A DNA stretch of 64,000 nucleotides from Selaginella moellendorffii (GCF_000143415.4 NW_003314278.1:2190408-2254407); one strand, 5' to 3'. Shown: positions 12,982-27,183, numbered from the stretch's first letter. Notes: a model not told the origin generated them from the letters alone. Numbers and translations are program-made.

Positions 12982-15380
12982 ATGGCTAGCGGCTGGAGAA
13001 AGGCTAGAATTGCTCTCGGGCTGCATGTTTGCGTCTCGGCTCCGCATGATCCTGATGATGAAGGCGGTGTAGATGTGGATCAGGCTGCGTCTCCAGCCAT
13101 CTCCCCTTCTCCTTCTCCCAGATCTGGAGCTCCGAATACTTCTGCAAGGTCTCCCTCTCGTCTCCAGCTGCTCCGGAGTAGCATTCGTCTCTCTCGGGTA
13201 TGATCTTTATTTTGTGGAGTCGCAATTTTTGTTTCCTTTTGTTTTTTTTCAGATTCAATTCTCAAAGCCGATTTTTTTTTGTTGTTTTCTTTTTCCAGAG
13301 TGCGTGCTCCATCTGCCTGGAGCCCATGAAGCCCGGACTTGGCCATGCTCTTTTCACAGCCGAGTGCTCTCATACGTTCCACTTCTCGTGTATTGCTTCC
13401 AATGTACGGCATGGAAATCTGGTATGTCCGGTTTGTCGAGCTAGATGGAAGGAGGTTCCTTGGCAGGCTCCTCCAGAAGCAGGCAAGGATCAAAAGCTTT
13501 CGCCGAGACCCAGACGAAGCCTTTCCAGGAACTCTGAGCAGGAAGGGATTAACAACGGAGAGGGTGCTGAGGTCGGTGACGAAGAATTGAGAAGGCTGGA
13601 TCCCGTGCTGAGAATTCTAGATGAGTCCATTGCAAGTGCTCGAGGAATCAGAAGGAACAGCACCCCAGAGCCACAGAGTTTCGATGACGACGAGCCTCTG
13701 AGAGTGGACGGAGGTGGGGAATTGAGTGCTGGAGGAGCAGAAAGCAGCGAGTCAGACCTCGTAAATTCGGACGATGGCAACCTTGAAGTAACCTGTCACC
13801 CCGAAGTCGAGAGCATTTGCTACTCCGAGTCACGAGATGATTTTACGGTACTGGTTCACGTCAAGGCATTATCTGGAAACAAGCGGCCAGCAGCTGAGAC
13901 TGTAAGCACTCAGGCTTTGTCATCAAACACAACTTCTCGAGCTCCAATCGATCTTGTTACAGTCCTGGACGTGAGTGGGAGCATGGCTGGGACCAAACTT
14001 TTGCTGCTCAAGCAGGCGATGGGCTTCGTCATTCGGAACTTGAGCCCCTCGGACAGGCTTTCGGTGATAGCGTTTTCGTCAACCGCAAAGCGCTTGTTTC
14101 CTCTGCGTCGTATGGTCGAAGATGGCAAGCAACTTGCGCTCCGGGCCATTGACGCGCTAGTCTCGACTGGAGGAACAAACATTGCGGAAGGCTTGAAGAA
14201 AGGTGCCAAGATCTTGGACGACAGGAGGGAACGCAATCCAATCGCAAGTATCATGCTGCTCTCGGACGGCCAAGACACTCACAGCTTGGGTGCTCGAGCT
14301 AATGCCCAGCTATCCAGAGGTGGCAGCTTTCGTCGGGGGCTAGGCTCTGGGAGGCACTTGATGATGCCTTATGGAAGCGTCTCGTTTCCAGTCCACACTT
14401 TTGGTTTCGGGGCCGACCACGACTCGGCGACGATGCATTCCATAGCCGAGAGCTCGGGTGGTACTTTCTCCTTCATCCAAGCGGAAACGGCCGTTCAGGA
14501 TGCCTTCGCTCAGTGCATTGGCGGCCTCCTCAGTGTCGTCGTCCAAGATGCACGGCTCTGCTTCTCCACGGCGGGGGAGAACCTCCAGGTGAAGAGCGTC
14601 CAGGCAGGAAGCTACGAGAGGTCCATCACTGACCAGGGGACCCGCGGCTTTGTCAAACTGGGAGATTTGTACGCCGAAGAAGAAAGGGACGTACTTCTGG
14701 AGTTCCGAATCCCCATGCTCGAAAGTCCGCTGCTCTCAGCCGGGATCGTCAGTGTCGATTGCTCGTTCAAGGATCCTGTTCTCCAGAAGCCGGCTCGCAC
14801 GAGAACCAAGACACTGTCCATAGACCGGCCAGGCAGCGTCAACAGGGAGAACCAAGTGGTGAGCGTGCAGGTGGATAGGCAGAGGAACAGGATTCGCACC
14901 GCGGAGACCATCCTCGAGGCCGGATGCCTGGCGGACAGGGGCGATCTTGTCGGAGCCCAGCAAACGCTCCAGAGCGCCAAGGTGGCTCTCAGAAACTCGG
15001 CCGCGTCGCTTGCCGGCGACCAGCTCTCGAGCGCGCTCGAGTCGGAGCTGACGGAGATCCAGGTGAGGATGGCAAACAGGCAAATGTACGAGCGCTCCGG
15101 CCGGGCTTACATTCTCTCGGCTCAGAGCTCTCACTTCCGGCAGCGTGCCACTGCTCGGGGCGACTACGTCGAGTCCCACAGCCGGGACTATCAAACTCCG
15201 TCCATGGTGGACATGATCTTGAGGTCCCAGACGCTAACTTTTCCTTTGCCACCCTCGACTCCGCCGGCTGGTGCTACTGCTCTTCCTCCCGAGAGATCGT
15301 CCTCGATCGGCAGCAGGCATTCGTATTCAAGCTCGAGGCGGGCCTCTGGACGCGTTCACGACATCGGAACTTCCTTGTAA
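12982..15380 (+). CDS. RING-H2 plus vWA E3 ligase (WAV3/EDA40 family)
   Basis: Exon 1 begins MASGWRKA, followed by an intron at about 13198-13298. Then come the RING (CSICLEPM..ECSHTFHFSCI..CPVCR) and the vWA motifs DLVTVLDVSGSM and LLSDGQD. Confidence 0.93.
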
Positions 15381-16173
15381 ATATGAAAGAAAAACGAGGT
15401 GGTTTTCAGGATTTTTTAGAAAGGGGAAAGGAATACACCTATCATATCCAAATGTATTTTACTGCAATCCAACGGTTGCTCTTTAAACTTTTCTATAATC
15501 AAGATTTAATGCTACTTATCAGCGCTCAAAAGGGGGAGGCTTTTCAACTCAAAGAAGTGGTAGTCTATCTAAAAAGAAAAGGACATGTTATTCATGTTTG
15601 TTATTTTTTGCTAAGTTTCTCGTCAATTAAGTGTGATTGGACGATATAAAAGCTGGAATAGCAAATGCCACGATAGCTGATAAGTTACACCTTGGCTTTT
15701 CTCTGAGCTAACGTCTAAACAAAGATGGCTCATGTAGCCAAACATTATTTGTCAGTTGCTTTTGGCCTCGCTTTGAAGATCCAAGTCATTCCAGGTAATA
15801 AAACTCCAAATCTCTTTAATGCTCGCATATTTCTACTATTTGTTGTCCATAAATACCTATCACTGCCGGTTTTTGACCGTAATTTTTTTAAAAATTATGG
15901 AAATTTTTCATTAACCACGATTTCACCACTTCAAATAAATTACAAATTAGTGATATCCCTATCTGGTGGCCAAAATTTTACCACCCCACTTTTGTTGTCG
16001 GAATAATCTTTGTGGAATTTTTTTGTAGGAATTGAGTTGGTCATTTTTCAGATTGCTATTACATTTTTTTACTCGCTCGCGTCGAAGAAGGCTCGCTTCC
16101 ACCGGCGGGAGCGATTGTAGGACCGCGAGTGGTCGCACCATGACTGCCGTATACATGATTATCACCAATCGTA

Positions 16174-16973
16174 TCATGCGCAGCTATGAGCTCCTAGAAA
16201 AAAGAGTTTGGACACCAACAGTACCTCGAGCATCTGGAGGACACCAGGCAATACATTCGTTGACTTCCATTCGATCCTGATCAGGCTGCTGCTCAAGCTG
16301 TTGTGGATTTGTCTCAGCCTCGCTAAGCTAGCGCGATCTGGCCGATCCTCGTAGTCGAAGTTGTCCAGGAGAAACAAGGATTGCTCGTTGCGCCCGAGCT
16401 GAAGCAGCAGCCAGGAGTAGACTAGCTCCAGCAAGATCTTGGTCACGTCCAAGAGATCCAGTAAGTTAACTTGGGGTGTTCTGTCACGAGAGAAACAAGC
16501 CATCACGCTTGTTGGGTTCCTACTCTCCAAAAAAAAAAGAGAGATCCAACTCTCCAAAACTTACGTGTTAGACGTAGACGTGCCAGTGTTTCCTCTTGAT
16601 CCTCCCACTCAGTCGTCGCAGCATTTGCGGCCATCAACTGGAAAGAAAAATCAGAATCAAACAAGTCTAGAAGGATACCAGAACACTCACCTCGTCCAGC
16701 TTGGACAAGACGTAGTTGCAGCAGCAAAGTGGCAAAACCCTGCTCTCGAAGCCTACAAGAAAGATCAGCATGGTGATGAAAGAACGTACTCTACCGTATA
16801 ATCTTTGCCCTTGCTTCTTGGCCATGATTGTGCCAAGGAAAACTCACAGTTGAAGCGCCACAAGGAATTTGTAGTGCTCAGTCCAGCTCTCGCGCGACTT
16901 TGTGATGGTGTATGGCTTGCGGATCTTCCTGGGCGGCATTCCTCTCCTGCATTTGGCGCTGCTGATCGACCAT
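16174..16973 (-). pseudogene. REVEILLE/LHY-like MYB gene fragment with downstream exon-like pieces
   Basis: 16939-16848 reads [31 protein letters not shown] followed by a GTGAG donor. The FDRDWKKIE and SHAQKYF exons are not seen downstream. Confidence 0.65.
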
Positions 16974-18596
16974 GAAAACTTGGAAATTTTCCCTAATCGT
17001 GCAGAGATTTGTCAAGAAAGTGAAGCGCTGACCAAGTGGAGTAGATTTCGGCCGAGAACGCACAGATTTCGACCGAGAATGCAGCAAGAGCGGACAGAAA
17101 GAGCGCTTTCTAAAACCCTAGGAAACAGAGCACCATTATAGTGACGTGGCTCATGTCAGTGCCACATAGTTTGAACACGTCAGCGCCTAGCTGGATGCAT
17201 TTAGGGTTCTCCGCGTGCCGCAGTGATGCGTAAGCATCGAAATCGTTCTTCCTCGAGCCAGATTCGTTCTTGCAGAGAGTACAACAGCACCGATCAACAC
17301 GAAACCACCAATTATCTCCCATGTTGGAGGCGATCTAGAAGGCAAGCAAGTATATGAAGGAATGGTAGCTCACAAATGAATGACCACAAATCCCACAAGA
17401 TTTATGGTTCAATCAATTCAATTACTTTTACCCACTTTAAAAACTACAATGTTTGAAATTGGTAGATACACTTTCTAGCTAAAATCGCCAAAATCAATCA
17501 ATCTTTGAGAAGGCTTTGAATTTTACTATAATGGGCATATTACCATAACATATTGGGTTATTTTGGTGTCCTGAAAATGTTCAATTTTACCAGTGTATGA
17601 CGCTAGGCAATAAAGTAAGTTGTGTAAAATATAGTTGCTTAAATGTATAGATGTTCACCCATTATTTTCTCTCAATTGTGCTCAAAACCTTCATTTGCCA
17701 CAATTTTTATTCACCTCTCTTTTATGGCTGGCAACATTTGATTTTGATCAGAAGTTCCTTTTTAGTAAAGATTCCCCCTACCTTAGCACCATCATCTTAT
17801 CATAACTTAAATTCAAATTCAAAGGATCTAGAAATCCTCCATAATCAATAAAACCACTTCCACTTAACTCTGAGCATTCAGGCTTTTTAAATAAAAGGAA
17901 GTTTTAGAGGTTTCCTTTTACCCTTAAATATACTTTAACAATTTATATAAAATAAATAAAATTTTCTAACAATTTATCATTATTTGTAATAAAATCAAGG
18001 AAAACTAAAAGTCAAAATCAAGCAAAAAGGTAAAACTAAATCTGAATTATTCAAATTTAAAATTAGCAAAAGCTTCCAGCACAAAGGATTACTTAAAAGT
18101 CTAGTCTATTTTCATATCCTTAATTGGCGATGATAAAGATACATAGTGTAAGTTCAAAACATGTTCATCTTGTTTAACTCTATATCAATTATTTGAGTTT
18201 AAGAATTTTTTTGTCTTCCTAGAGGTATAATCAAGAAGAAAGTCAAGGAAAGAGCTAAAAAAGGTAAGCATATTTGTAAATGGTTCTTCATATTATGCCC
18301 TTGCAATGCAATCTTTAAATTGTTGGCAATTTGATAGGGCGTAATGAAGATCAACTCTATGGCTAAACTCTTAATGAAACAATAGGAGCATGTGAAAACC
18401 ATAACAATAACCTTCATCTCTAACAAATTTAGCATCTTGGCAAAAATAATACTCTTGATCATGTTTATGGAAGCAATTGTCTTCTCATTCGAGATAATTG
18501 TATGATGACATATAATTCAATACCTTTGCAAAAGCAATATTCTTTTAGAAAGCAAGCTCATAAATTAGGCAATCATCAATATCCAAAAAAGATATA

Positions 18597-19975
18597 TATA
18601 AGTAATTAAATTTTTTATCTACTTTAGTTACTTAACCATGCCCTTAACCACTTGGAGGAGTCTCACTCACAACCTTTATAAGTTCCTATCTACTTTAGGG
18701 TGCTTGCTTTTCCCAATATGTGATCTCAAAACCACATTAGCTTCACACTTAATACAAATGTTCTATGTGTCTAATTTCACTTTTAAGACCCAAAGATACC
18801 ATCGATATCTCACTTTATTATGTTAAGATTATGTTTATTCACCCTTGTGTTATTGGTAGTCCAAGACCACCTACAACATGGTCCCATCTCTTTGACATTG
18901 GGCTATCTATCCATGAGTTGTCATCCCATGACTACATTTTAACATCCTTAAAATGCCCTAAAGTATTAAGAACACCATCCTTTAATATCCCTCCTTCAAT
19001 CCCTACCAAGTCTTTTTTTGTTCATGGTAGTGCTCACTAACACCACTAACACCACTATTGGTCCAGAGCTTGAAGCCCCATCCACTAAACTCCCACAACT
19101 TCTAAGACTTCTTTACCACATAATTATACCTTTGGTCACCAAACAAGAAGATTAATCTTCTTTTTCTCCATGGTCCAGGACTTTGGGACGATAATTCAAA
19201 ATACTACAGCCCAATGTAAGCCTTATAAGTATTCCACCCACCTTTCGTTATTAAGATGCCCTAACCATGTGGCTAGAGCAAAGTTCTGATGAACCATGCA
19301 AGGTATCCAAGTAGATAATGCCACTCACATTTGGATTGGAGTATTAACCATTTAATATTTCAAATGAGTTAAAATCAGCTCTGGAACACTTCACTAAGTT
19401 ACCCCATTAATCTATCCATGTTTATTTTAACTTTGAACTCTTTAGTGGCTATATTATCATGCACTATGTGAGTGTAACTTTCCTTTGTCACACTGACCTT
19501 TCTTAACCAAACTTATTCCATTAGTCCTCCCCTTACTATCCCACAAGGACTCATTAAACCCCCTAGGGTCTAGAAGACAATTATTTTGGGCTTTTACCCT
19601 CGCATTCAGACTCAGACTTGAACTTGGACCTAGACTTGGATGTGGTCTAGGACCTAGTCTTGGTCTTAGTTTTGGTCTTGGTCTTGGTCTTGGACTCCTT
19701 AAGCTTTGCCTCGGACTCCATTTCAGACTTTATGTCAAGCTTAGTCTTGACATTTCTACTTGTCACAACATTTGCATATGTTGGTGATTCTTTTGTCCCT
19801 TTTTCGAGATTCACTCCCTAATTTCTTTGTGTTCATTTTTTAAACACTTCTTTGGGCTCCTATTTTTGACTTTCTAAGTTAGAGCTTTTAATCTAAATAT
19901 GTTTTGCTCGTTGGGTTTTTGCTTCGGCCACTACCACATGATACACTTTAGGCATTTAAAAATTTGTGTCTCACA
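18597..19975. mobile_element. Old LTR, 'family A' (same family as 55886-57403)
   Basis: Colinear with 55886-57403 from T(G/A)TAAGT..CTACTTTAG..CACTTGGAGGAGTCTCACTCACAACC to GTCTCACA. It is followed by ACTCCACCAC, a minus-strand PPT also seen at 48958. Confidence 0.85.
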
Positions 19976-22300
19976 ACTCCACCACTTATAAATGAAGTTT
20001 AATATCCTCATCGAAAGATAAACCATTTTCTAAAGTAACCCCATTATGGATTACCATTTTATCTTTTGCACCAAGCCATTATTTCCCAATTATTTAACAC
20101 TGCAGATTCATCATGCCTTGCACATCTTTTAAAGAGTGTAGACCCTCCAACTTAGAGAATCATAGAGCCACTTATGATGGTTCTTTCACCTTATTAATTT
20201 AGATGCTACTAGACCCATTAGAGATGCCATATTTATCTCAATTTTACTACTTATTTTGGAGTACTTGTGTCAAATTGGACACAAGTATTTTGGAGTACTT
20301 GTGTCAAATACTTAGAGTCCCTTTATATAAGGATTACCCTTTTGGAATTTTAATATTAACTTCTCATATCAATTTCCTAGGTGTCTTTGACACTTTTCAT
20401 TGCACATTTTGTATAAATATTATTTCTTAAAGAGTTCTTAACTTGGATGTTTGGCATTTAACATTAGCATTAGGTTACATAACTGTTCCATCTCTTGGAT
20501 CTTTCACCTTTCACCAAATTATAACACTTGAAAATCCCATCCCTTGGTATTTTATCACCTTTCCTATAATCCTTTAACATCCACCATATAGTGGTTTCTT
20601 GCATAATTTATCATTTGAATTCCTTTAAATTTTTAGTTATTAGTCTTTTTTTCTATCCATTGATTATTGCACCAAACAATCTAAGATTGCTACTTCTATC
20701 CTTAAGGTATTCTTTTGTCTTAAAAAAGGCTTTACTTTTACAAAGTCCATGGAATGTTCACCCCTAATAAGTCTCACTAACATTTTCCACTTTAGCAGCA
20801 TTTATAGCAAAATCTTATGACTTTTTCATGGGTCCTTTCTTGGAGACTACTTTTTTGGACTCACAATATCATTTTATTGTCATAGATCATTTTACTTAGA
20901 TGTCTTTCTCATTTGATCATTTTGACTAAGTCATACTATACCATTTGTTTAAATCACTACTTTGAACTAGAAATATTGTTCCTTAACCTAGTTTGTCCTT
21001 AATTATCTAACCATTAGATATTTTAAAATAAGTATTAGATTTACTAGATTTAAAAATTATTGATCATGATCACGAAGGCATCCCCTATATTTTGCAGTGT
21101 GCCCAAGCTAGCCCTTTTGGCCAAGGGTCCATAGCAACTAAGATTGGTGTATCTCATTCACCACAAATTTAGTGTCATTTGCCCTAAAGTGTTTAAATTA
21201 GATATAACAAACTTTCACACTAAACACTTTAACTATGCATCATGATTCTAGGGCATCCTTTGCTTGGTGGTATATCCAACCAAGCCTCTTTACTAATAAC
21301 CTATGATGAATGAGTGCCTTTATATTCTAAACTATCACCACGCTTTAGTGGGTTGGCACTAGAGGGTTGGGATTTGAACCCAACCTCTATATATGCATTT
21401 ATAGATAGCATCACACAAAATGTTTAGTGTATTTCCTTATGTAGGTGCACCAAATTTATAACTCTGTTAATTAACTTTTATTTCATATCTGCACTATGGA
21501 TCACACCTTAGGAATTTGAACTCCCAACTCCTTTCACTTGATAAGGTAATTAGTTAGCCTAGTCATGTATGGACTCCTCCATGCTTAGCCTTATGGACCA
21601 CCCTTTTTGAAATTAACACCTTCAACTAAGGTTATTGTTCCTTTAACTTACAAATCCCATTTAGCAAGTCACCTATGGTTTTATTCATAAGTGTGAAAGT
21701 CCTCAAATATTGACTTTTGTTTAAAGCTATCTTTTTGAACATGTAAGAATTATTTCCTCAACCTTAATATCCTCACCTCATAGTAATCTTCAAGACCACA
21801 TTTCTAATACACTACTTTAATTTTGTGCACTCTTATGAACTATTTACACTCGTTTTTCTAAGTTGTAATTTACCCAAAATTATCTTTGGAACATTGAAGA
21901 AACTTCATTCTTAATTTGTTAAAGCCTCTCTTTTCACAAACTTTCTATCCGTCATTTAGTCTAATATGGATAATTCCATATTTTAGACTTTCCTTAGCAC
22001 CATGATTGCAAATAGTAAAACCCTCGAACACCCATTTAATTCCCCACTTCCAATTCATATAACCACATTATGTTATGTATTTTGATTTTCATGGTTCAAT
22101 TATATCTGTTTACTACTTGCTATTGACTCTATACATTCCCTTTTTATTTATTCTCCTCCATGTTAAGAATGTAACTTTGCATATCCTTAGCATATTTTTA
22201 GAAATGAATTGGACCATGGCTCTATTTTCTCCAAGTCCATTGTGTTCCTAGCCTTATGCCTTGACTGGGATGGAGAATCTCCCAAGCTGAGGCAAGTGCC
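19976..22300 (-). mobile_element. Decayed internal region of a gypsy element attached to the family A LTR
   Basis: A PPT adjoins the LTR. 21060-21390 resembles the 3' non-coding region at 49020-49205 of the young element. The right boundary is uncertain. Confidence 0.55.
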
Positions 22301-22522
22301 TAACAGCATTATGCACATAAGAGGATGTTGCCAAGTTCTTAGGAAGAAATCCTATTTGTGATACTAGTGAATCAATTATGCAAGAGTAGTGTTTGGATCA
22401 AACTTACATAGATACTTAGAGAGAGTGAGGTGTGAAGTGCATATATAAGTCATAAATTTTTATGTTAAATATAGTTAAGGCTCATATTTGTCAATAACTA
22501 TTTTCTTAACACAAATGGAAGG

Positions 22523-24739
22523 ATGGGCATTTTGCCTTGCCTCACCTTGGTGGCCCATCCCAAAGCCATGCTCCACGGGGAAGAGGAGAGGATCGAGAAG
22601 CTTGCGCTACTTTTGAGGGAGTGTGGGAATTCTGGGGACTTGAAGAGAGGGAGACAGATTCACGCCCTGATCAGCAGCACAAGCAGCAACAAGTTCCTCT
22701 CTAATTTGCTCATACAGATGTATGGAAGATGCGGGAGCCTGGTCGAGGCACGGGCGGTGTTTGATTCGATTCCCCAGCCCAACCTTTTCTCGTGGAACAT
22801 CATCCTTACAGCATATGCCCAAAACGGGCATCTGCAAGAAGCCCAAGCCATGTTTGATCGAATGCCAGATCGCAACGTCGTTGCCTGGACGACAATGATC
22901 TGTGCGTTGTCGCAATTTGGGAGCCTTGCATATGCAGAGCGTCTGTTTAATTGCATGCCAGGAAAGAACCTAGTAACTTGGAACGCTATGATTAATGCAT
23001 ATGCCCAAAATGGGCATATGTTCAAAGCGGAAAGAACTTTCTACTCCATGCCTATTAAGGACACGGTCTCTTATAATCTAATGATCCAAGGCTACGCGCA
23101 TGAAGGAAACCTCAACAATGCGGCCAGGATTTTCCAAACCATGCCTCTTCCAGACGAGATCTCATGGAACACGATGATCACAGGTTTTGCACAGAACGGG
23201 GAACTGGATCTCGCCAGGGAGTTCTTTGATAGAATGCCGAATCCAACCGTGGTTTCGTGGACTGCGCTTTTGGCGGCATATGCACAGAGCGGCCATCCTG
23301 GCATAGCAAAGCAAATATTTGACCAGATGCCGCTGAGAAACATCGTGTCTTGGAACGCAATGATCCAGGGCTACGCTCAAAGCGATCGTTTAGAGGATGC
23401 GAAGAAGATGTTTGATTCCATGCCAGTACACAACATTGTGACTTGGAACGCACTGATCGCAGGATACGCGGAGGGTGGTCATCACAATCAAGCCAGCAAG
23501 ATCTTCCAAACAATGCCCAAGAGGGACATTGTCACTTGGACCACACTTCTATCAGCCTTTGCGCAAGCTTCTCAGGTGGATGACGCGAAGAACTCTTTTG
23601 ATGCAATGCCGGAGCACAACATGGTTTCTTGGAACACAATGCTCCAAGCTTATGCCTTAAACGGGCATATCGATCTAGCTGCCAACTTGTTTAGCTCTAT
23701 GCCCTTCCGGGACGTAGTTGCTTGTACGGGCATGATTCAAGCATTTGCTCAAGCCGAGAACCTTGACGATGCCAAACTAGCCTTTGATCAAATGGAGAGT
23801 CACAACGTCGTTTCATTTAACGTACTTCTGCAAGCGTATACCCAGCTTGGGCATCTGTGTGAAGCATTAGCATTGTATAAGACAATGCCAGAGTGGAGTG
23901 TGGTGACTTGGAACACGGTAATACAAGGTTACATTCAAGAGGGAGACCTGGAGAGTGGAAGACAATTGCTTGATGCCCTGCCTGTAAAGGACGTGGTTTC
24001 GTGGACAGCCATGGTTGCAGCATACGCTCAAAGAGGGTACATTGAGGAAGCTAGAGTGCTGTTCGAGAGGATGCCTGTGTGGAGCGTGGTCACTTGCAAT
24101 GCAATGATCTCTGCATATCCAGCCCTGCTTAGCGAGTCACTCGCCATCTTTGTCACAATGCTCGATCGAAACCTCATCACCTGGAACTCGATGCTGGAGA
24201 TTTACGCGCAGACCGTTCCAGCAGTGAGGAGAGTGGCGGCTGTTTTCAGAGCGATGCCGGAGCAAGACGTAGCTTCGTGGAACACACTGATGGCGGCACA
24301 AGCTCGAGCTGGCTATGGTGGAGTCACTGTAGAGCTCTTTCGAGAGATGACCCTCCAAGGCCTCGAGCCAAACTCGGTCTCCTTGGTGCTGCTGCTCAAC
24401 GCTTGCAGCCACAAAGGCCTGCTCCACGCTGGCAGCTCCCACTTTCTCAGGATGAGGGACGACTTCGGCATTGCTCCTTCGTCGGAGCATTACTGTTCGT
24501 TGATCGATGTTCTCGGGCGGGCTGGAGAGCTCCAAAAAGCAGAAGAACTTATGAATGCAATGCCATACCTGCCTAGCTTTTCTGCATGGGGAGCGTTACT
24601 CAGTGGGTGTAAGATCCATAGTGATGTTCGACGCGCTACGGCTACTGCGAAGCATATAATCTGTAAGGTTGATTCCACTTTTACTGTTCCTTATGTGCTG
24701 CTCTCTAACATTACCAAGTTAGCAGCAAGCAGTCTGTAA
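22523..24739 (+). CDS. PLS-class PPR protein with E domain and no DYW (candidate RNA-editing factor)
   Basis: Intronless 738-aa ORF with about 31-aa repeats (MPxxNVVSWNAMIxAYAQxG) and C-terminal HYCSLIDVLGRAG..AWGALLSGCKIH. The start could be at 22568. Confidence 0.93.
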   Translation: MGILPCLTLVAHPKAMLHGEEERIEKLALLLRECGNSGDLKRGRQIHALISSTSSNKFLSNLLIQMYGRCGSLVEARAVFDSIPQPNLFSWNIILTAYAQNGHLQEAQAMFDRMPDRNVVAWTTMICALSQFGSLAYAERLFNCMPGKNLVTWNAMINAYAQNGHMFKAERTFYSMPIKDTVSYNLMIQGYAHEGNLNNAARIFQTMPLPDEISWNTMITGFAQNGELDLAREFFDRMPNPTVVSWTALLAAYAQSGHPGIAKQIFDQMPLRNIVSWNAMIQGYAQSDRLEDAKKMFDSMPVHNIVTWNALIAGYAEGGHHNQASKIFQTMPKRDIVTWTTLLSAFAQASQVDDAKNSFDAMPEHNMVSWNTMLQAYALNGHIDLAANLFSSMPFRDVVACTGMIQAFAQAENLDDAKLAFDQMESHNVVSFNVLLQAYTQLGHLCEALALYKTMPEWSVVTWNTVIQGYIQEGDLESGRQLLDALPVKDVVSWTAMVAAYAQRGYIEEARVLFERMPVWSVVTCNAMISAYPALLSESLAIFVTMLDRNLITWNSMLEIYAQTVPAVRRVAAVFRAMPEQDVASWNTLMAAQARAGYGGVTVELFREMTLQGLEPNSVSLVLLLNACSHKGLLHAGSSHFLRMRDDFGIAPSSEHYCSLIDVLGRAGELQKAEELMNAMPYLPSFSAWGALLSGCKIHSDVRRATATAKHIICKVDSTFTVPYVLLSNITKLAASSL

Positions 24740-24777
24740 AAATCAAATACCACTCTTGAAACAAAATCCAATCCGGC

Positions 24778-26065
24778 TCAAGGAAGACATCTCATTCTCT
24801 GCAGAAGCACAAAATCCATGAGTAAAACATTGTTTTGTTGAAGAAGACCAAACCTGTTCCTCCAGCTCATTTGATGCTTGAATCAATCTTCTCCTCAAAA
24901 TGGACACTTCGTCCTCGCACTTTAAAGGAACAGGATCCACATCTGAAATTACAATTACTTTAGGTGAGTAAAGGACTACATAAAGCGAAGGAATTACCAT
25001 AGTAGTACGTCGAAAGAATGGTTACTCGTTCCTGGGGCTGAAATTTAAAACAGAGATGAAAACAAGAAAAAAATAAAAACAGCCTCGTACCATCACAAAA
25101 ATCCCTTCGCGCTTTGTAGGCAGCTCTTGGAGGAGTTCTAATGTTTCAAATCCTTTGGTCACCTTCCCAAACACAGCGTACTGCAAAACAAAAAAGGAAA
25201 ACAAGGAAAGGTCAACCTTGTACAAGCGAGTAAGATGAAACTTGTTTTGCAGTGTCTGAAGTCAGCACCATTATTCTGATGCGTACAAATTCTCTGCAAG
25301 TTTACTCTAGCATTCTTCTTTTCTAGCGCAGCTGTTTACATGCGTACAACAGTAGCAGCTGCTTTGTGTTACAGAAGAATGCAACGGGAAAACAGCATAA
25401 AAAGAAAAAAGAATGAGACTTACCTCCCGATCAAGGTGTGGTGCAGAACCAAGTAAGATTGAAAACGACGATTGAGCGCTGTTTGGATCACTATACCTGA
25501 AAAGAAAAGCCACAAATCACTTGAAATTCTCCATAAAACGAAAAGACCATAAACACAGAGAGAGCTCACCTCACCTGCCCATGGATAAAATCCCACGAAC
25601 ATGTTTCACGTCCGAAAACTCCCCCTTGATCGTTTTCTTCCCCTCCTCCATCTGAGCTTCATTTAGAGGAGCCTTTCTTCCTCCAACAACATCAGCGACT
25701 TGTGCAACAAATCCTTTGTCGACCTTCTCGCCAAAAAAAAAAAGAAAGAAAAAAGCGAAGAAATCGGTGACATTCTCCAAAATCTATATACCCTGAAGAA
25801 ATGGTTCGTGTTGTACGCTCCGAGCCTGACAAGCTTGAAAATGTGCTCCACGGTGACGGGAGCAACATCGGGATAGAATCCAAATTCAATGTCGCCATAC
25901 TTTGTCTGCCAAATCCGAGAGAAAAAAGGCTTTGAGATCTGAGGGATGAGAAGAAGATCTACACATTACCTGGAAGACGACTCGAGTGGATCCCAGCTGC
26001 GGCTCCGCCACAGCCGCCGCTGCCGCGCAGGCTAAGCACAAAAACCCTATTCTCCAGAGTGCCAT
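24778..26065 (-). CDS. CYP23: Cyclophilin, CYP23-like, with signal peptide
   Basis: Exons give PQLGSTRVVFQ, TKYGDIEFGFYPDVAP, VDKGFVAQVADV, KHVRGILSMGR, SFSILLGSAPHLD and YAVFGKVTKG, ending RMRCLP*. Confidence 0.9.
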
Positions 26066-26129
26066 TTCCAACGCTTCTCTTTCCTCACATAAAAATGAAA
26101 GTGTTTTAGGTTTAAAATGTTAGAAAGAT

Positions 26130-26201
26130 TGTGGCTGCTGGGATTCGAGCCCAGGTCTCCACGGCCACAACGTGGAATTCTTACCACTAAACTACAGCCA
26201 C
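26130..26201 (-). tRNA. tRNA-His(GTG)
   Basis: GTGGCTGTAGTTTAGTGG..CCACGTTGTGGCCGTGG..GGCTCGAATCC..CAGCCACA forms a cloverleaf with anticodon GTG. Confidence 0.96.
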
Positions 26202-26425
26202 CTCAAATGACATTCACACTGAGAAACCACTTCACATAGGAGAACTACGTTGCGTACACTTTGTTTGATATTTTGGAGTAATTATAGACATGATAGAACT
26301 TCTATCTACAGCAATGAAAGAATTGCAACGCATAAAACAAATACTTCAACTTATATAAGCAACCAAAAGGTATCACAAACATCATAGCGAGCCAATGCGT
26401 CCACAAATCGCCGCTCCTTCCGAGC

Positions 26426-27183
<758 letters not shown>

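Noticed and set aside
13200-13298. Phe-rich N-terminus of the 726-aa ORF
   Set aside because: It is a T-rich intron; the real start is at 12982.
26202-26202. Genomically encoded G-1 of tRNA-His
   Set aside because: A single base has a high chance probability, and eukaryotic G-1 is normally added by Thg1.
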